NCBI GenBank assembly: GCA_038230375.1
Contig: JBBRNJ010000123.1
Span: 1 to 18,005 of the forward strand
Length of the DNA stretch: 18,005 nt
Direction of reading: 5' to 3'
Source of the DNA: Polyangiales bacterium
GTDB taxonomy: Bacteria; Myxococcota_A; Polyangia; Polyangiales; Polyangiaceae
Below the pieces are notes generated by a model. It saw only the letters and a program-made list of their open reading frames with translations, searched no databases and had not been told where the DNA came from. Each line of letters opens with the position of its first letter. The first letter of the stretch is position 1. The position numbers and the translations under genes were made by a program. Below, piece after piece: positions 8,871 to 16,302 of this stretch.

Positions 8871-10001
8871 ATGCAGCGTAGAATTTTGCTTCTTGGTGCG
8901 ACACTCTTCGCGGGCGGCCTCGTCGTGCTCGCGGCCTGCGGCGGTTCGAACGGCGATGGCGGCGCAGGTAGCGATGCAGGCGGCGTCACGGACGGCGACA
9001 ACACGGACGGCGCAGGCGGCGGAGGCAAGACCGACAGTGGCGGTGGTGGAGGAGGCGAAGGTGGCGGCGGCACCACGGACGGTGGCGCTGACGCGCAGCA
9101 GGGGCCGCGTGATCCGTTCCAGGCGCAGTGGAAGGCCGCGCATGATTTTCCGACGAGCGCAGACTACAAGATCGACAAGGTTGCTGGCACGGTCACGGAC
9201 CTGGGCACCGGTCTCATGTGGACGTACTCGTCCCTCACCGCCGCAAACCTTCCGCCCGATGGCGGTGATGGCAGCCCTGCCACGAACGCGGACGCGCGGG
9301 TGCAGTGCGAAGCCGCGACGATCGGCGGAACGAAGGGGTGGCGGTTGCCCACGCGTCTGGAGCTGCTCTCCATCACCAGCCCGGACAACGCGCACGCGTT
9401 CACGGACGCGTTTGACTCGCCGTCGTACGACTACCTGGTGATGTGGGTGGCAACAGACGACCCAAGCCGCCAGACGATCTACGACGCTCACTACTTCCCG
9501 TACGGGTTCCGCGGAACGAACTCCTTCGCCGCCGGCCAGCTGAACTGCGTGAAGGCGCCGTACCCGGTGACCGCGCATCCGCAGCCGCCCGATCCGTCGC
9601 GCTTCACGCTCGCGTCGAACATCATGACGGACCACGTGACGGGCCTGGAGTGGTGGGCCACGCTGGACAACACGTCCAAGCAGTGGGACGCCGCCAACAC
9701 CGCATGCACGAACCTGGCGCAGGGCGATGCAGGCGCGCCGATGGGCGCGAAGCCCTGGCGTCTTCCGACGTTGAAGGAGGCGGCGTCTCTCTGGCTCGAG
9801 AGCACCAAGACGTTCCCGACGCAGCTGGGCATCCCTGCGAACACGATCTACTTCTGGACGTCGTCCAAGTACAAGCCGCGGCCCGCCACAGTCAGCAGTC
9901 CAGGCTATTTTCGGCTCTATTTCGATCCGGTCGCCGGGCAGATGGACCTGTGGTTCGAGGTCGCCGACTTCGCCGCAACCCTCTGCGTGCGCGACCAGTA
10001 G
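8871..10001 (+). CDS. Lipoprotein with two DUF1566 (Lcl C-terminal-like) domains
   Basis: GAGGA RBS, ATG 8871; lipobox VLAAC; two copies of [VT/MT]DxxTGLxW ... C ... WRLPTxxE. Confidence 0.88.
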   Translation: MQRRILLLGATLFAGGLVVLAACGGSNGDGGAGSDAGGVTDGDNTDGAGGGGKTDSGGGGGGEGGGGTTDGGADAQQGPRDPFQAQWKAAHDFPTSADYKIDKVAGTVTDLGTGLMWTYSSLTAANLPPDGGDGSPATNADARVQCEAATIGGTKGWRLPTRLELLSITSPDNAHAFTDAFDSPSYDYLVMWVATDDPSRQTIYDAHYFPYGFRGTNSFAAGQLNCVKAPYPVTAHPQPPDPSRFTLASNIMTDHVTGLEWWATLDNTSKQWDAANTACTNLAQGDAGAPMGAKPWRLPTLKEAASLWLESTKTFPTQLGIPANTIYFWTSSKYKPRPATVSSPGYFRLYFDPVAGQMDLWFEVADFAATLCVRDQ

Positions 10002-10526
10002 CTACGTCGACGCAGCCAACCACTCCCCGCGCGTGAGCTCGAAGCCCTGCCCGGAGTCGCCGTCGATGATCGATGGGCCGATGCTCCGGAACCCGAGCTT
10101 CTCCAGCACGCGCAACGAAGCCATGTTCTCGGCCGCCACGAGCGCGACGACGCGAGGCAGCGCAAGCTCTCCGAAGCCGAACGCCAGCGATGCGCGCGAC
10201 GCTTCGGTCGCGTAGCCCTTGCCCCAGTGATAGCGTAAGAAGCGGTACCCGAGATCCACCTGCCCCTCATCGGAGAGATCCTTCAGCCCGCACCAGCCGA
10301 GACGCTCGCCGCTCTCGCGATCAAGGACGACCATTCGTCCCATGCGTGCCGCCGCCTGCGTCTGCAAGCGCGCGATGCGTGAGCGTGCCTCTGCTTCGTC
10401 CGCGACCGGACCGTCGCCGGTGAAGCGCGTGACCTCGGGATCGAGGTTCAGCTCCCGCATGAACGCGACGTCCGTCAGATCGTGAAAGCGCATGCGCAGG
10501 CGGGGCGTGTCGAGCGTGAACGTCAC
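10002..10526 (-). CDS. GNAT N-acetyltransferase, RimJ/RimL family
   Basis: LDTPRLRMR, DPEVTRF, DLGYRFLRYHWGKGYATEA, ENMASLRVLEKLGF. Its stop abuts the convergent gene's stop (TAG|CTA). Confidence 0.93.
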   Translation of the reverse strand: MTFTLDTPRLRMRFHDLTDVAFMRELNLDPEVTRFTGDGPVADEAEARSRIARLQTQAAARMGRMVVLDRESGERLGWCGLKDLSDEGQVDLGYRFLRYHWGKGYATEASRASLAFGFGELALPRVVALVAAENMASLRVLEKLGFRSIGPSIIDGDSGQGFELTRGEWLAAST

Positions 10527-10589
10527 GCCTTCAGTCTAATCGTCTGCGCGGGGTTCTCGTCATCGAGAGTCGGCGATAGTCTCGTCGTT

Positions 10590-11756
10590 GTGAGGAAGAC
10601 CACCCCGAGCTCCGCGGTCGAGCAGCTCCTTGCCGCCCTCCTTGCCGACCCGCGCTCGGCTGCAAGCGCTGTCTCCAAGGCGACCGATGGAAAGAGCGCC
10701 AAGGACGTGCGGAGCGCGCTCAAGAGCGATGCGCGCTTCGGCCCTCCGCTGCGCGCGGCGATTCGCGATCCGAAGGTGCTGCAAGACGCGCCCTGGCTCG
10801 TGCAATTCCTTGGTCATCTACGCTTCGTGCCGGCCGTGCCCGAGCTGCTCTCGGTGTGGCGTCGGCGCGATGAGCGCGTCTCCTACCAGGCGGGTCAGGC
10901 GCTGCTGCGGATCGGCGAACCGAAGGCGCTCGAGGCCATGGCCGACGATCTGGAGAAGACGCGCGGGACCGAGACCTCAGTCGCGCTCGACGCTGTGTTC
11001 GTGCTCGGGCCAGCGCGCGCGTACGACAGGCTCGCGCCGCTCGTGAAGTCGGTGAAGTCAGCGTCAAAGCTCACCGCGCCGATCCTCTATCGCGTCGCAG
11101 AGGAGACGAAGCCGTTCGTGACGGAGCCACGATGGCAAGCGCTCGCGATTGAAGTCCTTCGTGATGGTCCGAAGGACGCGCTCGATGCCGCGCGTGAGCT
11201 GCTCACACGCGCGCTCACGAAGGCGCAACTGCGCGCAGCACTCGCGCCGGCCGCGCCCACCCAGGCACCCCGAAAAGCCCCGGTCCCGGGCGCTCGCGAG
11301 GAGACGTTCGTTCGCGCGCGTGCCGCTGTTGCAAGGCATCTGGCGTCGCTGCCGAAGACTGCGTGGACGCCCGCGACGAAGAAGAGCGCCCGCGAGCTCT
11401 CCAGGCTGGAGGCGCTGATAGGGCCGCTGCCGGCATTCGTTCGCGCGTTCTACGAGTGCGCGTCTGGCCTTGATGCGCGCGGAAAGACGGCGCGCGATCG
11501 CAAGATCGTCTGCTCGCTCACGGAGGTCTGCAAGGAGGCGCGTGCCTGGGCCAGGCGTCACGACGTCGCGAACGCGCCGGCGGAAATGGTGCCGCCGTTC
11601 CTGTTTCCGATCTCGCCAGACGGCTACACGAAGGCGGGCTTCAGTGGTGGTCCATCGATCGGCTTCGAGATGCCCTGCACCGACGACGATCCCGCGCTCC
11701 TACACCTCCGCGGCAACCCGCGCTTCTCGAGTTTTCTGAAGCGCGCGAAGGCTTGA
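10590..11756 (+). CDS. Hypothetical protein: HEAT-like helical repeats plus a possible SMI1/KNR4 (SUKH)-like C-terminal domain
   Basis: LGHLRFVPAVPELL and AGQALLRIGEPKALEAM look HEAT-like; LSRLEALIGPLPAFVRAFY...F..FL looks SUKH-like. GTG at 10590 is preferred over 10482, which overlaps the GNAT gene; the start is uncertain. Confidence 0.65.
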   Translation: MRKTTPSSAVEQLLAALLADPRSAASAVSKATDGKSAKDVRSALKSDARFGPPLRAAIRDPKVLQDAPWLVQFLGHLRFVPAVPELLSVWRRRDERVSYQAGQALLRIGEPKALEAMADDLEKTRGTETSVALDAVFVLGPARAYDRLAPLVKSVKSASKLTAPILYRVAEETKPFVTEPRWQALAIEVLRDGPKDALDAARELLTRALTKAQLRAALAPAAPTQAPRKAPVPGAREETFVRARAAVARHLASLPKTAWTPATKKSARELSRLEALIGPLPAFVRAFYECASGLDARGKTARDRKIVCSLTEVCKEARAWARRHDVANAPAEMVPPFLFPISPDGYTKAGFSGGPSIGFEMPCTDDDPALLHLRGNPRFSSFLKRAKA

Positions 11757-11759
11757 TAG

Positions 11760-11884
11760 AAATCGGTCATGCGCATGCGCGGCCCGATGGTGTTCGTGAC
11801 GCGCTCGCAGAAGCACGCCGACCGAATGAACTGCTCCTCGATCAGCGACGAGGCGAAATCGATCACGACCTTCTGAGCGCCACC
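11760..11884 (-). pseudogene. Possible unidentified gene fragment
   Basis: Minus frame GGAQKVVIDFASSLIEEQFIRSACFCERVTNTIGPRMRMTDF has strong GC3 bias, begins about 10 bp outside the 40-bp element and runs into the neighbouring gene. Confidence 0.3.
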
Positions 11885-11893
11885 TCATCTCTC

Positions 11894-11933
11894 AGATCCA
11901 GTCACTGGATTTTCTGATCCAGCGACTGGATCT
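11894..11933. repeat. 40-bp self-palindromic element, left copy
   Basis: AGATCCAGTCACTGGATTTTCTGATCCAGCGACTGGATCT; matches the reverse complement of 12732-12771 at 37/40 positions. Confidence 0.93.
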
Positions 11934-11946
11934 TGCGGCTGCGCGT

Positions 11947-12555
11947 CTATGGCTTCGTGAGCAGCGCACGAAACGTGCGGACGGCCTGCATTGCGGTGGG
12001 CTTGTCCAGCAGCGGCAGCATCACGTCGAAATCCAGCCCGGGAAGGCACACGCTACGAGCACGCGTTTCGTACGCGTCGTCCCGCAACGCGTGCACCGTG
12101 ATCACATCGTCCTTCCAGAACCAGACCTCGGGCACCTGGAGGCGGCGGTAGGCCTCGAGCTTGTCCATGCCTCCGCTCGTCCAGATGACCTCGATAGCAA
12201 GGTCGGGCACGTCACGGTCCTGATCGCCGAGGATGTAGCACTCATCGGGCTCGAGCCCCGACTGCTTGGGGCCAGCGCGGAGCGTCCACTGACCGTACGG
12301 CGAGAGATCGATGCCGCGTTCGAATGCATACGCCTCCACGAGCCTGCCAAGGTAGGACTTCACGCGCTCGTGGTCTCTTGAAGGGCTCATGATCTCCAGC
12401 TCCCCATCGAGGTATGTGAGGCGCGGCGTTCCTTTCTCGCCGCGCAGTTCGAGGTGCGCCTCGTAGTGCGCCCACGGAACGTTGTGAAGGACGACCCGCT
12501 GATCGGCCGTGGGCACGTGCTCACCGGGCGCTACGTGTGTGGGGACCGCGACCAT
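11947..12555 (-). CDS. Uma2 family (COG4636/DUF820, PD-(D/E)XK fold) putative endonuclease
   Basis: RLTYLDGELEIMSPSRDHE, LEPDECY, PDLAIEV, KLEAYRRLQVPEVWFW. Confidence 0.95.
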   Translation of the reverse strand: MVAVPTHVAPGEHVPTADQRVVLHNVPWAHYEAHLELRGEKGTPRLTYLDGELEIMSPSRDHERVKSYLGRLVEAYAFERGIDLSPYGQWTLRAGPKQSGLEPDECYILGDQDRDVPDLAIEVIWTSGGMDKLEAYRRLQVPEVWFWKDDVITVHALRDDAYETRARSVCLPGLDFDVMLPLLDKPTAMQAVRTFRALLTKP

Positions 12556-12611
12556 GTGATCATTCTAGCAGCGCCACAGCGGCGCCGGGGGACTCCTTCT
12601 TGTTCCCACTG

Positions 12612-12722
12612 CTCCTTGCCGAGATGATCCACCGCGATCAGGACCAGGTCCTCTTCGTAGACCTTGGCCCTGCCGATGGGCGGGCGCTCACGTGTATCGC
12701 GTCCATGGGCAGGGCCTACACA
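12612..12722 (+). pseudogene. cas2: cas2 remnant (C-terminal third only)
   Basis: LLAEMIHRDQDQVLFVDLGPADGRALTCIASMGRAYT resembles the Cas2 C-terminus (L.E.IH..EDQVLFVDLGP..GR....I..LG..Y) as I recall it from type I-G-like/myxobacterial systems. No upstream YDI motif or YSVF segment was found. Confidence 0.75.
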
Positions 12723-12731
12723 TGCCCTTCC

Positions 12732-12771
12732 AGATCCAGTCGGCCGATCAGAAAATCCAGTGACTGGATCT
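12732..12771. repeat. 40-bp self-palindromic element, right (inverted) copy
   Basis: AGATCCAGTCGGCCGATCAGAAAATCCAGTGACTGGATCT; inverted copy of 11894-11933 with 3 mismatches. Confidence 0.93.
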
Positions 12772-12886
12772 CGCGCCGCGCCGCCGCCATGGGGCGCGTT
12801 CACACCACGATCGCACATCTCTCCGGCGCCGTCCGCGGAGCTGTCACTCTCGATCGAAGCGCTCGCGGTAGTCGCTCGTGCAGTAG

Positions 12887-12929
12887 CGCGAGCGGTGAAG
12901 TGATCGCGCGATAGCCGCACCCGCTCGCG
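12887..12929 (+). promoter_or_regulatory. CRISPR-leader-like inverted repeat (remnant)
   Basis: Perfect 9-bp IR CGCGAGCGG-N25-CCGCTCGCG about 165 bp downstream of the cas2 fragment, followed by a short AT-rich patch (GACAATTTTCTT). Confidence 0.45.
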
Positions 12930-13186
12930 TTCGGCACTGTTCCCTGACAATTTTCTTGGGTCAGCGGCTCCTGAAGGCGAAGGCGGTCAAGGGCGTGGAG
13001 CGGTGGCTCGACCTCAAGGCGGCCTGGAACGACTGCCTCGCGCGCTGCGAAGGTCGACCGCGACGCGACGGCCGCATGTCTGCTCGATGCTCGACGGCAT
13101 GGTGCGCTCGAAGGAGCAGAACCCAGCGCGAACGTCGGCGTCTGCAGGCCGTGCGACGCGCGCCCTTCTGAGATACAACTGCGTCC

Positions 13187-13507
13187 ATGAGCAGAAGCAT
13201 CGCCTCGGGCGCAGCGTTCATCGTCCTCGCCATGTCCCTCATGCATTGCACCGCTGGCAGCGTTGGCAGTCCGATCGCCGAGCCGTCATCGTCGAGCGGC
13301 GCAGACGGGGGCGCGTCCACCTGCGGCTCCAAGACTTGCAACGGCACGCAGTTCTGCGACGCACGAAAGACCGCTGTCTGCGTGTCGATTCCCTCGTCTT
13401 GCAATGGCATGCCGTCGTGCAACTGCATCACGCCCATTGCTCCGGGGTGCTGCGTCACCGACCTCCGCGGCAATGTGGCCGTCGAGCCCACCAGCTCGTG
13501 CCAGTGA
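13187..13507 (+). CDS. Small Cys-rich secreted protein/lipoprotein
   Basis: Hydrophobic N-terminus ending SLMHC, SSSSGADGG linker, TCGSKTCNGTQFC...CVSIPSSC...CNC...CC. Confidence 0.75.
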   Translation: MSRSIASGAAFIVLAMSLMHCTAGSVGSPIAEPSSSSGADGGASTCGSKTCNGTQFCDARKTAVCVSIPSSCNGMPSCNCITPIAPGCCVTDLRGNVAVEPTSSCQ

Positions 13508-13528
13508 GGACCGACACGCGCCACTGAC

Positions 13529-13726
13529 CTACGCGCAGGCGTAGGCTTCGTTCAGCCCGACCAGCTCGCGCACGTCCACGCAGTCGATGCCGGTCTCCCG
13601 GAAGAGCAGGGTCGCGGCGGAGGCAAGGCCCGCCTGCCGCTCTTGGGCGGGGGCTGCGAGCGCTGCCTTGAGCGCCTCGCGGACCGTGAGGGGGACGATC
13701 TCGTTGTAGCTGAGGAGTGATGCCAT
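13529..13726 (-). CDS. Small hypothetical protein (about 65 aa)
   Basis: MASLLSYNEIVPLTVREALKAA...IDCVDVRELVGL; GC3-biased, fills the gap between neighbours; alternative ATG at 13738. Confidence 0.65.
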   Translation of the reverse strand: MASLLSYNEIVPLTVREALKAALAAPAQERQAGLASAATLLFRETGIDCVDVRELVGLNEAYACA

Positions 13727-13825
13727 TCGTAAGCCCATGGTGTTGTGATGCGGCAACCACCGGGTGCGTTGCACTATTCCCACGCCATTGACCCAGTCGA
13801 CCGAAGGGCCATGCGAAGATGGCCC

Positions 13826-14149
13826 ATGAGCGCCGCGGAGCTCGAGAAGCTCGCAAAGTACGAGGAGGCGATCCGCGAGCTCGAGGCGCGTGAGGCGGAC
13901 CTGGCGAGGAGCCGCGGCGGCTACATGAAGATCTTCACCGCGCTGGCGCTCGTCTCGCTCGCCGGCTTCTTCTGGAACGTTTGGGCCGGAGCCGCCACGC
14001 TCTTCACCGGCGTCCTCATGTTCATCTTCGGCGTCTACGTGGTGCGCGTGCGCGCCGGAGACTACTCGCTCGAGCTCATGCATCTGCGTGAGACCGCCGA
14101 GGAGCTCAGGTCGACGATGCGCGCGCCGTCTCGTCCCAGCGACGAATGA
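13826..14149 (+). CDS. Small two-TM membrane protein with coiled-coil ends
   Basis: MSAAELEKLAKYEEAIRELEAREADL coiled coil, two hydrophobic segments, charged tail; alternative ATG at 13811. Confidence 0.75.
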   Translation: MSAAELEKLAKYEEAIRELEAREADLARSRGGYMKIFTALALVSLAGFFWNVWAGAATLFTGVLMFIFGVYVVRVRAGDYSLELMHLRETAEELRSTMRAPSRPSDE

Positions 14150-15386
14150 AGACCAGCGGCAGGAGGCAGATGGCGCCCCCGAACCCGAGCGCGAAGTTCT
14201 TCGAGGTGTGATCAGCGATGATTCCCCCGAGCAAACCCCCGAGGCCGATCGCGACAGCGTTCGCGGAGGTGAGCACCGTGTAGTGGAAGCCCGCGTCGCG
14301 CTTTCGCGTGGCCGTCATGAGCGCTGCGAACAGCACGGTGGTGCCGAAGCCGCTGGTGAAGTGCTCGCTCGCGACCGCAACACCCGTGAGCGCGCGCGGC
14401 GCGCCTCGCGCGAATGCGAGCAGCACCGGCACGCAAACCGCGGCCTGGGCGAACGCGGACACGGCCAGCGCGCGCCGCTCCGTGAGCACGCGATGCGCGA
14501 CGCCGCCCAGGAACGCACCCACGAGGCTCATCACGGTGCCCACCGTCACGGCGATGAGGCCAATGTCCGCCTCGCTCCACTTCGCGTCCACCAGCATGGG
14601 CTTGATGAGTCCGCTCTGCACGTGCAACCCCAGCTTGAACGTCACGGCGAGCAGAAGCGCGCCACGTGCCGAGGGCGACACCACGTGCGCGAACAGCACG
14701 CGAAACGAGGTTCCGCCACTGCTCGAGCTGGAAGGCGGCGCACTGGCAGCTGGCGAACTGGAAGGCGGCGCGCTGGCGCGGGAGGACGACGCGCTCGCGC
14801 TGGGCTCCGTCACCGCGAACGCGGCCAGGCTGGTCGCGAAGACCAGGCCCGAGCACGCGAAGAGCGTGGCGCGTGCGCCGATCACGTGCCCGAGCACAAG
14901 GAGCCCCGCGCCGCCCGCAAGCATGCCCACGCGGTAGCCCGCCACCTGCGCGATGTTGCCGTACCCGCGGTCCGCCAGCGTGAGCGCGCGCACCGCAAAC
15001 GCATCCACGAACACGTCCTGCGTGGCCGCGACCAGCGCTGCCAGCGCCGTCACCACGAACCAGAAGACCGGCGCCTCCGTGAGTCCAAAGAATGTGTAAG
15101 ATGCAATCAATCCCGCGAGCACGATCTGCAGCGCGAGCAGGATGCGTCGCGTGCGCGCGCGGAGCCGCGGAAGGTCGCCCAGCTTCGCCCACAGGATCTT
15201 GAGCTGCCACGGCAGCTGCAGGTACGAGAGCGCAGCGATGGCGGACAGCGTGTAGCCCGCCTTCCTGAGCACGACAGGCAGGTACTCGGACGCGAGCCCG
15301 AAGGGGATCCCCTGCGCCAGGTAAAGAAAGGTCAGGCTGGCCAGCGTGGCTGTCCGGCTGACGGGCGAGACGGACGAGCTCCGCAC
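14106..15386 (-). CDS. MFS transporter, AmpG/RhtX/FptX-like
   Basis: LYLAQGIPFGL, LPWQLKILWA, AATQDVFVDAFAVR, GYRVGMLAGG; many TM segments with a Ser/Pro/Ala-rich central loop. Confidence 0.9.
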   Translation of the reverse strand: MRSSSVSPVSRTATLASLTFLYLAQGIPFGLASEYLPVVLRKAGYTLSAIAALSYLQLPWQLKILWAKLGDLPRLRARTRRILLALQIVLAGLIASYTFFGLTEAPVFWFVVTALAALVAATQDVFVDAFAVRALTLADRGYGNIAQVAGYRVGMLAGGAGLLVLGHVIGARATLFACSGLVFATSLAAFAVTEPSASASSSRASAPPSSSPAASAPPSSSSSGGTSFRVLFAHVVSPSARGALLLAVTFKLGLHVQSGLIKPMLVDAKWSEADIGLIAVTVGTVMSLVGAFLGGVAHRVLTERRALAVSAFAQAAVCVPVLLAFARGAPRALTGVAVASEHFTSGFGTTVLFAALMTATRKRDAGFHYTVLTSANAVAIGLGGLLGGIIADHTSKNFALGFGGAICLLPLVFIRRWDETARASST

Positions 15387-15446
15387 GGTACCGATCCTAT
15401 CTCCAAACAGGTGAGATCGGCGGCGGGTTGGACTAAGGAGTGCGTC

Positions 15447-16301
15447 GTGAAAACCTCCACTATTCTAGGTTCGCTGGCGTTCGTACTTGGCCTCCTCGCG
15501 TGTGGCGACAAGGAGCTGCCGCCGCCCGGGACCCCCCAGGGCGCGCAGTCCGCGGGCACGCTACCCACGGCACCGCCACCGGTCGACGTGAAGCAGACCA
15601 AGGTGGCGGACATCGCGATCCTGCCAAACGTGCGCGCAGCGGTCGATGCCACCGATCGCGCGGCGGATGATCGCGCGCTCGACGCGGGCCGGCGTCCAGA
15701 CGTGGTCTTCTCGTTCTTCGGGGTGAAGCCCGGGATGAAGGTCGCGGATCTCGCCGCGGGTGGCGGCTACACGACCGAGCTCTTGGTTCGCTCCGTCGGG
15801 CCCACAGGCAAGGTGTGGGGACAGAACTCGCCCGAGCTGCTCGCCAAGTTCCTGGAGAAGCCCTGGTCAGGGCGCCTCGCGAAGCCGGTCAACGCGGGCA
15901 TCGTCAACGCGCCGCGCGCGTTCGAGGAGCCACTGCCCGAGGACGCGAAGGACCTCGACGCGGTGATCATGGTTCTCTTCTACCACGACCTCTACTGGAT
16001 CGGCTCCGACCGCGCGAAGATGAACGCGTCCATCATGAAGGCGCTGAAGCCCGGCGGGATCTTCGGAGTCGTCGATCACTCGGGTCGTGCCGGAACGGGC
16101 AGCTCCGAGGCGGCGACTCTCCATCGCATCGAAGAGAAGGTGCTCGTGGAGGACATCACGAAGGCCGGCTTCAAGCTGGTGGAGGCGACGGACGCGCTGC
16201 GAGAGCCGGGCGACACGCGCGACTGGAACGCATCACCCAAGGCGGCCGGTGAGAAGCGCGGACACAGCGATCGCTTCGTGCTGAAGTTCCAGAAGCCCTG
16301 A
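15447..16301 (+). CDS. Lipoprotein class I SAM-dependent methyltransferase (COG4798-like)
   Basis: AAGGAG RBS, GTG 15447; lipobox LLAC; DRALDAGRRP, VKPGMKVADLAAGGGYTTELL, YHD, ALKPGGIFGVVDH, TLHRI, SDRFVLKFQKP. Confidence 0.9.
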   Translation: MKTSTILGSLAFVLGLLACGDKELPPPGTPQGAQSAGTLPTAPPPVDVKQTKVADIAILPNVRAAVDATDRAADDRALDAGRRPDVVFSFFGVKPGMKVADLAAGGGYTTELLVRSVGPTGKVWGQNSPELLAKFLEKPWSGRLAKPVNAGIVNAPRAFEEPLPEDAKDLDAVIMVLFYHDLYWIGSDRAKMNASIMKALKPGGIFGVVDHSGRAGTGSSEAATLHRIEEKVLVEDITKAGFKLVEATDALREPGDTRDWNASPKAAGEKRGHSDRFVLKFQKP

Positions 16302-16302
16302 C

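Noticed and set aside
8871..10001. DUF1566 protein as a DGR target
   Set aside because: No reverse transcriptase, and I saw no near-identical template repeat with adenine-specific mismatches in the window; a remote DGR cannot be excluded.
11894..12771. 40-bp elements as CRISPR repeats
   Set aside because: Only two copies, inverted and about 800 bp apart, with no spacer periodicity.
14725..14777. 30-bp-period duplication inside the MFS gene
   Set aside because: In-frame (ASAPPSS x2) expansion of the central loop; ordinary linker variation.
14088..15446. 737-aa ORF as an apparent fusion protein
   Set aside because: The first about 450 codons are the antisense shadow of the MFS gene; the real gene starts at GTG 15447 after AAGGAG.
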